Notes: a model not told the origin generated them from the letters alone. A DNA stretch of 32,000 bases from Candidatus Scalindua sp. (GCA_031316235.1 JALDRA010000001.1:2460001-2492000); one strand, 5' to 3'. Shown: positions 1-8,222, counted from the stretch's first letter. Translations and numbers: made by a program.

Positions 1-1
1 G

Positions 2-511
2 ATTACGGATGAAGAGGGGGAACAGATAATCGGAGAGATCTTGCATACGGGAGAGGGTGTCGTTGGTGAATTTCCTCAGAAGAAAAAGTATGATGATGCC
101 AAATTGCTTCTCATCGACAGGTGTACTGAGTGCCATTCTCTCAACAGGATACTTATTGCAAGAAAAACAAGGGGGGAATGGGCACAAACGGTGTTGAAGA
201 TGCGTAAAAAGTCACCAGAGTCATTTCTTGATGAAGACATACCCCTCCTCACTGATTTTCTTGGTGAGAGAAGTGATATGTTGCGAGATGATCATGCGGC
301 TGAGATAATGGTGACCAAATGCCTGGTCTGTCATGACGCGGCGAGGATACTTCTCGAACGTAAATCGAGAACAGAATGGGAAAAGACCGTCAGTGATATG
401 CAGGTCTATGCCAGGAAAACATTTCTGGAAGACTGGTTTATGTCAAGTGAATTTACCCTGATTGTTGACTTGCTTGAGAAGACACAGGGGGTTGAATCGG
501 ATGGATGGTAA
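2..511 (+). CDS. c-type cytochrome with two haem-binding sites; 5' end lies outside the window
   Basis: The frame is open from the window edge, with no stop between nt 2 and the TTG at 41. There are two CxxCH motifs (CTECH, CLVCH). Each is followed by the same pattern, CxxCHxxxRILxxRK[TS]RxEWxxTVxxM, so the protein has an internal two-fold repeat. No signal peptide is present in the visible part, which implies the true start is upstream of the window. Confidence 0.7.
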   Translation: MTDEEGEQIIGEILHTGEGVVGEFPQKKKYDDAKLLLIDRCTECHSLNRILIARKTRGEWAQTVLKMRKKSPESFLDEDIPLLTDFLGERSDMLRDDHAAEIMVTKCLVCHDAARILLERKSRTEWEKTVSDMQVYARKTFLEDWFMSSEFTLIVDLLEKTQGVESDGW

Positions 512-622
512 TCCCTGAAAACTTTTTTCAGATGAGTGTATCTTCCGTCTATGCCCGCCTGTGCGATACACGTAGACAGGTGCGCTAACCCGCAGCGAAC
601 GCTCTAGAAAGGAGAGATTTTA

Positions 623-838
623 ATGAATACGTGCAGTTTGTCTGATTTTATGGAAATTCTTAAGCCCTGGCTTTCACGTGATTATCTTCAGAAAGCCTCC
701 CTGGATAAAGAGGGTCGTTTAATAGTGCTCTTCACGGACGGTATACAGAATGTATACCACATTAAAGATTGTACGGCTGATCAATTAAAGGAGATTCTTG
801 ATGATTTTAAAAAGAGAGGTATCGAGGTTGAAGAGTAA
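623..838 (+). CDS. small hypothetical protein (71 aa)
   Basis: ATG start with a strong Shine-Dalgarno-like AAAGGAGAG at 608-616, 6 nt upstream. Composition is balanced and not low-complexity. I recognise no family. Confidence 0.5.
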   Translation: MNTCSLSDFMEILKPWLSRDYLQKASLDKEGRLIVLFTDGIQNVYHIKDCTADQLKEILDDFKKRGIEVEE

Positions 839-979
839 TATACTCATCTCATACTGGATTTCGTATAAAATCCGAGAAAAAAACGGAGCGAGTAAAGTCC
901 TTGGCGCTTTTTGTCCGGGGATACCTTCACCAGGATTTGGTTTCCGGTAAAACCGAAAACCAAATCGGTTTTAGTATAT
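839..979 (+). repeat. ~140-bp interspersed structured repeat, copy 1 (full length; this orientation is used as the reference or sense orientation)
   Basis: Near-identical to the reverse complements of 5522-5661 and 30238-30377. Ends are TATACTCAT... and ...AGTATAT. Hairpins lie at 856-873, 898-921 and 934-966, and the last is followed by GGTTTT. It starts 1 nt after the stop codon of ORF 623-838. Confidence 0.85.
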
Positions 980-1201
980 ACTCTCCACTCCGGCTTTATC
1001 TGCTGAAGCGGCAAGGTCTTAAGCGGCAGCTTTATCAATCCTGGAGAATTCGCTCTTTTAAGAGGAATCATTCCCTTGAGAGTATGCGGGGGTGGGGGCG
1101 TGGGTAGAGCCATATATAATTTTTCTCCCTGTTTTTTTTATTACGGGGTTCCTGTTCAAGCACTAATTACGATAATCTGTAAAGAGTAGGGGCGTTTATT
1201 C

Positions 1202-2419
1202 ATGGAAGGTGATGATCTTTCAAAGCTTCGTATTGAGAGGACAACATATCAGGCACAGCATAAGAATCGGAAAAGATTTTTGAGCATACTTATCGTATCA
1301 GCAGTTTTTGCTGGTGGCGGCATTTTCTATGCAGCTGGTATCTTGACACCTGCAATAAAGGTGAAGGTCACCAGTCTGACAACTATCTATCCTTCACAGA
1401 CATTTACCCTTATGAATGCCAGCGGATATGTTGAGGCCCAGCGAAAGTCTGCTCTTTCCTCAAAGATCACGAGCTGGCTCGTAGAGCTGTTCGTGGAAGA
1501 GGGAAATATTGTGAAAAAGGGAGAGATAATTGCAACCCTGGAAAACGGGGATATTCTCACTGCCCTTGATAAGGCAAAAGCAAATATTGAAGTAGCCCGT
1601 TTTGAGCGGGAACTCGCCGATGCAGAGCTTGTCGAAGCTACTCTTGCCTTTAATCGAACCAGAGAGTTATTAGAGGAGAAGGTTGTCTCTTTATCAGAAT
1701 TTGATGTTGCTGAGGCAAGGTATAAAACCGCTTTTGCGGCTGTATCTGCCAAGCAGGCAGTTTCAAAGGCTGTGGAAGCCGCATTAAAAGAGGTTGAGGT
1801 GAGTCTTGAATATACGTTTATCCGGGCACCATTTGATGCAGTTGTACTTACGAAAAATGCAGATATCGGCGACATTATAACACCACTGGGGGCAGCGGCC
1901 AACGTTCGTGCCTCGGTAGTAACCATAGCAGATATGGATTCTCTCCTGGTTGAGGTTGACGTTTCAGAATCCAACATAGAACAGGTCAAGACGGGGCAGC
2001 ATTGCGAAATACGGTTAGATGCATTTTCCCATGATCGGTATCGTGGAAAGGTGCACATGATCGTACCCACGGCTGACCGGAGCAAGGCATCGGTACAGGT
2101 TAAAATAGCATTTATAGATAAGGACTCCCGCGTTATCCCCGAAATGAGTGCAAAGGTTGCATTTCTCAATCGTGAGATCAGGCAGGATGAGCAAAAACCT
2201 CTGAGGGCTTTACCCGTATCTGCGTTCATCAGAGACAAAGGTCACGATAGTGTCTATGTTGTAGAGAATAATCGTGCCAGAGAAAAGAGGGTTGAGACAG
2301 GAAGAAGTCTCGGCAGCATGGTTGAAATTCTCTCCGGTCTTGAAGAGGGAGACAGGGTAGTGCTGTCTCCAACGAGAAAAATAAAAGATGAGAAAAAAGT
2401 CAAAATCAGTGAAGAGTAA
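1202..2419 (+). CDS. efflux transporter periplasmic adaptor (HlyD/membrane-fusion family, MacA-like)
   Basis: N-terminal TM helix (FLSILIVSAVFAGGGIFYAAGIL). Lipoyl-like motif (VEEGNIVKKGEIIATLE). Coiled-coil hairpin, beta-barrel, and a C-terminal VEILSGLEEGDRVVL motif. The stop abuts the ATG of the downstream ABC ATPase (TAA-ATG at 2417-2422). Confidence 0.85.
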   Translation: MEGDDLSKLRIERTTYQAQHKNRKRFLSILIVSAVFAGGGIFYAAGILTPAIKVKVTSLTTIYPSQTFTLMNASGYVEAQRKSALSSKITSWLVELFVEEGNIVKKGEIIATLENGDILTALDKAKANIEVARFERELADAELVEATLAFNRTRELLEEKVVSLSEFDVAEARYKTAFAAVSAKQAVSKAVEAALKEVEVSLEYTFIRAPFDAVVLTKNADIGDIITPLGAAANVRASVVTIADMDSLLVEVDVSESNIEQVKTGQHCEIRLDAFSHDRYRGKVHMIVPTADRSKASVQVKIAFIDKDSRVIPEMSAKVAFLNREIRQDEQKPLRALPVSAFIRDKGHDSVYVVENNRAREKRVETGRSLGSMVEILSGLEEGDRVVLSPTRKIKDEKKVKISEE

Positions 2420-3109
2420 ATGCAAAAAAGGGAATTGATTGTAGCTATTCAGAACGTAAGCAAGTCATATCAGAGAGGAAACCAGACCATACGGGTACTT
2501 GAGGATATCACGCTTGAAATTGAGAGTGGAACTTTTCTTGCACTTATGGGACCTTCAGGCTCAGGGAAGAGCACACTTCTCAATCTCATTGCAGGTCTGG
2601 ACACCGTGGATCGGGGAACCATAGTAATAGGTGGAGTGGATATAACGACACTTTCAGAATCTGATCTTTCAAACTGGCGCTTAATTACCATAGGTTTTAT
2701 TTTTCAGTTCTACAATCTCATTCCCGTACTCACGGCTTTTGAAAATGTGGAACTGCCACTCCTTTTGACCGGGCTTTCCAAACGGGAGCGCAGAGAACAT
2801 GTTGCAACTGCCTTGCGTGTTGTAAATATGGAAGAGCGCACCGGCCACTATCCCCATCAACTTTCCGGAGGGCAGCAACAACGGGTTGCCATTGCCAGAG
2901 CAGTAGTTACAGATCCGGCCATTGTAGTTGCTGATGAACCTACAGGAGACCTTGACAGGAGTGCTGCTGAGAATGTCCTTAATCTCATGCGTCGTCTCAA
3001 TCGAGACCTCGGCAAGACCATTATTATGGTTACCCATGACCCCTGGGCGGGGAAATGGGCACATTCTATAGAACATCTCGACAAAGGTGTCCTCAGTCAT
3101 GATCTTTAA
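2420..3109 (+). CDS. ABC transporter ATP-binding protein (MacB/LolD-type)
   Basis: Walker A GPSGSGKST, Q-loop region, ABC signature LSGGQQQRVAIARA, Walker B IVVADEPTGDLD and H-loop MVTHD. Confidence 0.9.
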   Translation: MQKRELIVAIQNVSKSYQRGNQTIRVLEDITLEIESGTFLALMGPSGSGKSTLLNLIAGLDTVDRGTIVIGGVDITTLSESDLSNWRLITIGFIFQFYNLIPVLTAFENVELPLLLTGLSKRERREHVATALRVVNMEERTGHYPHQLSGGQQQRVAIARAVVTDPAIVVADEPTGDLDRSAAENVLNLMRRLNRDLGKTIIMVTHDPWAGKWAHSIEHLDKGVLSHDL

Positions 3110-4253
3110 GATACTGTATAGAAATGCATTCCGGCATAAGCTTCGTACTTTTTTGACTGTGAGTGGGATGGCAGTCGCTGTTCTTGCTTTCGGATTGCTT
3201 CATACCGTAATTGAAGCCTGGTACGCTGGTGTAGAAGCATCTTCTGCAACCCGACTGGTGACCAGGAATTCGATTTCACTGATCTTTCCCTTACCCCTTG
3301 CGTATAGAGACACTATTCGTCATATTGAAGGGGTAATGGTTGTCTCCAGTGGTAACTGGTTTGGTGGGATCTATATCGACAGGAAGAATTTTTTTGCTAA
3401 TTTTGCGGTTGAACCGGAGAGTTATCTGGATCTTTATCCTGAGTATGTGATCCCCGACGATCAGCGGATGAGGTTTATGAGGGATAGAAGAGGGTGTCTG
3501 GCAGGGAAGAAACTTGCAGAAAGGTTTGGGTGGAGTGTTGGAGATACCATTACCCTTACCGGCACCCTCTTTCCCGGCAAGTGGGATTTCATTCTCAGTG
3601 CTGTCTATGAAGGATCTGATAAGAATATAGACGAAACACTCTTCTTTTTTCACTGGGACTATCTCAATGAGTCTCTAAAAAAACAGGCCCCTCTTTCCTC
3701 CGACCAGGTTGGTTTTTATATTATCGGTATAAAAAACCCCTATATGGCTGCAAGGATATCAGAAGCTGTCGATGCCACCTTTAAGAATTCCCTTGCTGAG
3801 ACCCGCACTGAAACAGAGAAGGCATTCCAGTTGGGTTTTGTTGCTATGAGTGAGACGATTATTAAGGCTATTCAGCTCGTATCGCTTGTGGTTATCTTTA
3901 TTATCCTGGCGGTAGTGGCGAATACGATGGGCATGTCAGTGCGCGAACGGATCAGAGAATTTGCCGTATTCAAGACCCTTGGGTTTCGTGCCTGGCAGAT
4001 CTCTTTTCTCATTATCGGTGAATCCATGGTGATTACGATTTTAGGAGGTGTTACCGGGATGCTCCTCACCTTTCCCGCAGCGAAAGAATTTTCATCTGCA
4101 GTCGGCAGATTTTTTCCCGTATTCAATATTACCTGGCAAACGATGTGTATGGACTTTGCAGTTACGGTAATTGTCGGGGTAATCGCTGGTATAGTCCCCG
4201 CCTATAGGGCTGTAACGGTTAATATTACTGAGGGATTCAGGAGGATTGGATAG
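3099..4253 (+). CDS. ABC transporter permease, FtsX/MacB-type (permease 1)
   Basis: N-terminal TM helix, a large extracytoplasmic domain, and a C-terminal three-helix FtsX-type bundle ending in ...PAYRAVTVNITEGFRRIG. I prefer the ATG at 3099 (MIFKILYRNAF...). The GTG at 3087 from the ORF track is an alternative start. Both overlap the ATPase stop. Confidence 0.8.
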   Translation: MIFKILYRNAFRHKLRTFLTVSGMAVAVLAFGLLHTVIEAWYAGVEASSATRLVTRNSISLIFPLPLAYRDTIRHIEGVMVVSSGNWFGGIYIDRKNFFANFAVEPESYLDLYPEYVIPDDQRMRFMRDRRGCLAGKKLAERFGWSVGDTITLTGTLFPGKWDFILSAVYEGSDKNIDETLFFFHWDYLNESLKKQAPLSSDQVGFYIIGIKNPYMAARISEAVDATFKNSLAETRTETEKAFQLGFVAMSETIIKAIQLVSLVVIFIILAVVANTMGMSVRERIREFAVFKTLGFRAWQISFLIIGESMVITILGGVTGMLLTFPAAKEFSSAVGRFFPVFNITWQTMCMDFAVTVIVGVIAGIVPAYRAVTVNITEGFRRIG

Positions 4254-5420
4254 ATGAGATTACTCTTTTTCTATGGCCTTCGTAATCTTTTAACAAGGCG
4301 GTTTACCACGGTACTCACGACACTGGGCATGGCCCTTGTTGTCTTCGTCTTTGCCTCCATAATCATGCTTGCTGAAGGGCTCAAAAAGACACTCGTTGAA
4401 ACCGGGTCGAGTGATAATGTCGTCGTCCTCAGGAAGTCTTCCGAGACAGAGGTGAAGAGCAGGATTGATAGATACCAGGCGTCCATTGTAGAAACCTTAC
4501 CGGAAATTGCCTTTGGCAGGGAAGGGCAGCGGCTCATTGCCAAAGAACTCCTGGTACTTATTACCCTGAGAAAAAAAAACAGCGACAGTATTGCGAATGT
4601 CGTTATCCGCGGAATTGGGAAAGACTCCTCTCTTTTACGGCCTCAGGTAAAGCTCATGACGGGAAGAATACCCAGGCCCGGCACATCAGAAATCATGGTT
4701 GGCCGGAGTGTGGCAACGCGTTTCCAGAATGCAGGTTTCCAGGGGATGCTGTTTTTTGCCACGCGACAATGGCAAATCGTTGGTATCTTTGATGCGGGAG
4801 ATACGGGATTTAGTTCAGAAATCTGGGGAGATGTGGATCAGCTCATGCAGTCATTTCGACGGACAGAATACTCTTCTGTCATTTTCCGGTTGAGTGACTC
4901 CTCTTTGTTTAAGGAGGTGAAAAAACGTATTGCACTGGATCCACGGTTGACCTTTGATGTAATGCGGGAGAAAACGTATTACAAAAAGCAGTCAGAGACA
5001 ATGGCCACTTTTTTACGTATCCTGGGTATATCATTGACGCTCATTTTTTCTATTGGTGCCGTGGTAGGGGCGATGATTACCATGTATGCGGCGGTTGCAA
5101 ACCGTACAGCGGAAATTGGTACTCTGCGTGCTCTTGGTTTCCGGCGTTGGAATATTCTCTTTGCTTTTCTTCTTGAGTCTCTCATCCTTGGTTTTTTTGG
5201 GGGATGTGCAGGTCTCCTGTTTGCTTCCCTCCTTCAGTTCATTACCGTTTCGACGATGAACTTTCAGACATTTTCTGAACTTGCTTTTAGTTTTGCACTT
5301 ACACCGGGAATCATTATCAAGTCTATGTCGTTTTCTCTTTTTATGGGCTTTGCAGGAGGAATACTCCCTGCTGTAAGGGCCTCACGCATGAAGATTGTGG
5401 ATTCTCTCCTGGCGGTTTGA
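4254..5420 (+). CDS. ABC transporter permease, FtsX/MacB-type (permease 2, paralogue of permease 1)
   Basis: Same architecture as the upstream permease, with the typical N-terminus (LRNLLTRRFTTVLTTLGMALVVF). The ATG directly follows the upstream stop (TAG-ATG at 4251-4256). Confidence 0.85.
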   Translation: MRLLFFYGLRNLLTRRFTTVLTTLGMALVVFVFASIIMLAEGLKKTLVETGSSDNVVVLRKSSETEVKSRIDRYQASIVETLPEIAFGREGQRLIAKELLVLITLRKKNSDSIANVVIRGIGKDSSLLRPQVKLMTGRIPRPGTSEIMVGRSVATRFQNAGFQGMLFFATRQWQIVGIFDAGDTGFSSEIWGDVDQLMQSFRRTEYSSVIFRLSDSSLFKEVKKRIALDPRLTFDVMREKTYYKKQSETMATFLRILGISLTLIFSIGAVVGAMITMYAAVANRTAEIGTLRALGFRRWNILFAFLLESLILGFFGGCAGLLFASLLQFITVSTMNFQTFSELAFSFALTPGIIIKSMSFSLFMGFAGGILPAVRASRMKIVDSLLAV

Positions 5421-5521
5421 AAAAGCAAGAGATAGCTTTGTTAAAGGAAGTTCTCCGGCAGAAAAGGTATCAGGGAGAGGTTTTTTCGTGATATCAGCGC
5501 TTTGGCAGGGTGCTTGTACGG

Positions 5522-5661
5522 ATATACTGAAACCGATTTGGTTTTCGGTTTTACCGGAAACCAAATCCTGGTGAAGGTATCCCCGGACAAAAAGCGCCGA
5601 GAACTTTACTCGCTCAATTTTATCTCGAATTTTATCCGAAATCCAGTATGAGATGAGTATA
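5522..5661 (-). repeat. ~140-bp interspersed structured repeat, copy 2 (full length, inverted)
   Basis: Its reverse complement aligns end to end with copy 1, with about ten differences by eye. The right-hand ~70 nt are identical. Confidence 0.85.
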
Positions 5662-5997
5662 ATACCAGGCCGGAAAGAGGTGGAGAAAGAGCCTCATTTT
5701 CCAAAGGGCAATACCTCCTGAACGTATCGGTTGCCTTTTTTACCGTTTCCTTCGCAGCATCTCCAATCTTGTTTTCGGCATCTCTGCCTAGTAAGGTGCT
5801 GACAAGGCCGATATCCACGCCTGATATGGTTACCATCAAACCCCGTCACAGCCTTGCCCCCTTTCGATAGAGAAGTTTTCACGATGAGATTTCTGCAGAA
5901 AAAAAGGGCGATAAACACGGCAAATATGATAACAGTATTTTTATAGATTTTTCCCCAATGAAAACCCCTTCCCAAACAGTGCAATGATTCTTTTTGC

Positions 5998-6025
5998 TTG
6001 AACGTTGGATAACAACCGATATAAT
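5998..6025 (+). promoter_or_regulatory. candidate sigma70-type promoter for the ymdB-like gene
   Basis: TTGAAC (5998-6003), a 16-nt spacer, then perfect TATAAT (6020-6025). It lies about 45 nt upstream of the ATG at 6069. This is sequence pattern only. Confidence 0.35.
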
Positions 6026-6068
6026 ACATACGTTTTATTTATTTTCAATATACATATATTTTTTTTCA

Positions 6069-6863
6069 ATGTACTTAAATATTTTAGCTATTGGTGATAC
6101 CGTAGGAAAACCCGGGAGAAAGATTCTTGAGCAGAAGCTGAAAAATTTCATTACTCAACAAAAAATAGATTTCTGCATGGTAAATGCGGAAAACTCCGCA
6201 AGCGGTTCAGGCATAACCATTGATATTGCCAACAAGCTTTTCTCCTGCGGCATCGATGTAATAACAATGGGAGATCATGTCTGGAAGAGAAAAGAAATTT
6301 ATGAATGGATGAAATCTGAACAGAGAATTATCAGGCCGGCAAATTATTCTCCCCTGGCGCACGGTAGAGGATATGTAGCACTTACCATAGCCGGAGGTCT
6401 TATTATCGGTGTTATCAATCTCCTGGGACGGGTCTTTATGAAACCCATAGACTGTCCATTCAGGGCAGCCGACAAAGCGCTGGAGGCACTGTCAAAGATA
6501 ACAAAGATAATAATTGTTGATATGCATGCAGAAGCTACTTCGGAAAAAGTAGCTATGGGGTGGTATCTGGATGGAAGGGTGAGTGCAGTAGTAGGCACGC
6601 ATACTCATGTACAGACCGCGGATGAACGGGTTTTTCCCGGCGGAACAGGCTACATCACCGATTTAGGTATGACAGGCCCTCACGAATCAGTCATCGGAAG
6701 GCGTGTTGATAATGTGTTACAATCGATTGTTACTCAAGTTCCTGTTCGTTATGATATTGCTGATAAAGGTGTCCGGATTGAAGGGGCTCTCCTTACTATT
6801 GACAGTGCCTCCGGCAGAACTGAAAAGATAAAGAGGGTGAAGATTTGTGAGGACCCTCAGTGA
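6069..6863 (+). CDS. ymdB: YmdB-family metallophosphoesterase (2',3'-cyclic-nucleotide phosphodiesterase family)
   Basis: Collinear with B. subtilis YmdB as I recall it: ILAIGDTVGKPGR, NAENSASGSG, MGDHVW, RPANY, DMHAEATSEKVAMGWYLDGRVSAVVGTHTHVQTADERV, GYITDLGMTGP. The start is taken at the internal ATG (MYLNILAIGD). The ORF-track start at 5994 adds an implausible 25-aa extension. Confidence 0.85.
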   Translation: MYLNILAIGDTVGKPGRKILEQKLKNFITQQKIDFCMVNAENSASGSGITIDIANKLFSCGIDVITMGDHVWKRKEIYEWMKSEQRIIRPANYSPLAHGRGYVALTIAGGLIIGVINLLGRVFMKPIDCPFRAADKALEALSKITKIIIVDMHAEATSEKVAMGWYLDGRVSAVVGTHTHVQTADERVFPGGTGYITDLGMTGPHESVIGRRVDNVLQSIVTQVPVRYDIADKGVRIEGALLTIDSASGRTEKIKRVKICEDPQ

Positions 6864-6935
6864 GTTGCACGGATCCAAAACCGACTTTTTTTAACCGCTT
6901 GAAGTTTTTAGCTGAATTGCCGTAATTACCCTATT

Positions 6936-8222
6936 ATGAGTTTTACAAGAACATCAAACAGCGTCACCGATGCCGCATTAACGAAAGTTCATGGCCGATT
7001 TGCCGCTGAGCATGAAACCGGGAAATTATTTACGGTCTCTGAAATTACGGGAAAAATAAGGAAATCTCTTGAATACGAATTTCCGTATATCGGCATTGTG
7101 GGAGAGATATCCAACGTTCGGATACCAAGTTCAGGCCATGTATATTTAACGCTCAAAGACAAGGGTGCTCAACTGCAGGCGGTCATCTTTCGAAACAGTG
7201 CAGGTAAGATAAAGTTTACGCTGAAAGATGGAATGGAAATAATCTCCTATGGTTCTCTTACCGTATACGAACCGCGAGGACAGTATCAGTTAATCATTGA
7301 CAATTTAGAGCCTAAAGGTGTTGGAGCTTTACAGCTCGCATTTCAGCAACTGAAGGAAAAGCTGGAAAAGGAAGGCCTCTTCGACCCTTCTCATAAGAAA
7401 CCAATACCCTTTATACCGAAAAAAATAGGTATCATAACGTCACCTACCGGTGCTGCAATCAAGGATATCTTGAATATCATAGATCGACGTTTTCCAAAGG
7501 TAGAGATATTGATTTATCCTGTTAAGGTGCAAGGTGAAGGCGCAGCAGAGGAAATTTCTGCTGCAATTGCAGAAATGGACACCCTGCCGGATATAGACGT
7601 CATGATAGTAGGAAGAGGGGGCGGCAGCCTTGAAGATCTCTGGGCCTTTAACGAAGAAATTGTTGCAAGGAGTATTTTCAACGCTACAATACCTGTAATT
7701 TCAGCGGTTGGACACGAGATTGATATCACGATTTCAGATCTTGTTGCCGACAGGAGGGCGCTTACACCTTCTGAGGCGGGTGAACTGGTTGTTCCCAGGC
7801 AGGATTTACTCATCGATTTAATAGAAAAATGTAAGATAAGGCTTTGTAAAGCCCTGACAAACAGGGTAAAGATTTCAAGAGACAATCTTTCCAGAGTTCT
7901 CAATAGTTATGCGATCAAGCATCCATTTGTGAGGTTTCAGAGGTTGCAGCAGAGACTTGATGATCTTGTACAGAGGCTCAACCTGCTTAGCTCGCATGCA
8001 GTAGACTCTGAGTGGAAAAAGCTTTCGGGTATTTCGGGTAAATTAGAAAGTTTGAACCCTTTACATGTTCTTAAAAGGGGCTATACTATTACAACCAGTG
8101 TAGAAAACAGTCAGCCGGTCACAGAAATAAGCGTCTTAAGAAAAGGGGACAGGATTGAGACGAAATTTTTGAAGGGGAGTGTTGTTTCGGAGATCCTCTC
8201 TCTTAAAATGACTGATGGATAA
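6936..8222 (+). CDS. xseA: exodeoxyribonuclease VII large subunit
   Basis: N-terminal OB-fold motif (VGEISNVRIPSSGHVYLTLKD), catalytic region GRGGGSLEDLWAFNEE, and a long C-terminal coiled region. It is followed by xseB. Confidence 0.9.
   Translation: MSFTRTSNSVTDAALTKVHGRFAAEHETGKLFTVSEITGKIRKSLEYEFPYIGIVGEISNVRIPSSGHVYLTLKDKGAQLQAVIFRNSAGKIKFTLKDGMEIISYGSLTVYEPRGQYQLIIDNLEPKGVGALQLAFQQLKEKLEKEGLFDPSHKKPIPFIPKKIGIITSPTGAAIKDILNIIDRRFPKVEILIYPVKVQGEGAAEEISAAIAEMDTLPDIDVMIVGRGGGSLEDLWAFNEEIVARSIFNATIPVISAVGHEIDITISDLVADRRALTPSEAGELVVPRQDLLIDLIEKCKIRLCKALTNRVKISRDNLSRVLNSYAIKHPFVRFQRLQQRLDDLVQRLNLLSSHAVDSEWKKLSGISGKLESLNPLHVLKRGYTITTSVENSQPVTEISVLRKGDRIETKFLKGSVVSEILSLKMTDG

Noticed and set aside
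844-1113. ORFs translated from the ~140-bp repeat: 844-1113(-), 901-1107(+), 5382-5564(-), 20875-21168(-), 20944-21264(+) and 30191-30460(-). They share peptides such as ALFVRGYLHQDLV..KTENQIGFSI and TDLVFGFTGNQILVKVSPDKKR.
   Set aside because: The shared peptides simply reflect the shared DNA repeat. Both strands are open across it. The ORFs begin and end in unrelated flanking sequence, lack ribosome-binding sites, and differ in length and frame context between copies. They are not credible genes.
1387-2238. Long antisense or off-frame ORFs inside confidently assigned genes. Examples: 1387-2238(-) 283 aa, 2681-3100(-), 7514-7903(-), 10518-11021(-), 11627-12073(-), 21375-21929(+), 23049-23609(+), 26031-26483(+), 27951-28283(+) and 29097-29462(+).
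   Set aside because: Each lies entirely within a gene that has strong family motifs on the other strand or frame. Their products are Ser/Thr/Arg/Pro-rich, low-complexity shadow translations with no motifs.
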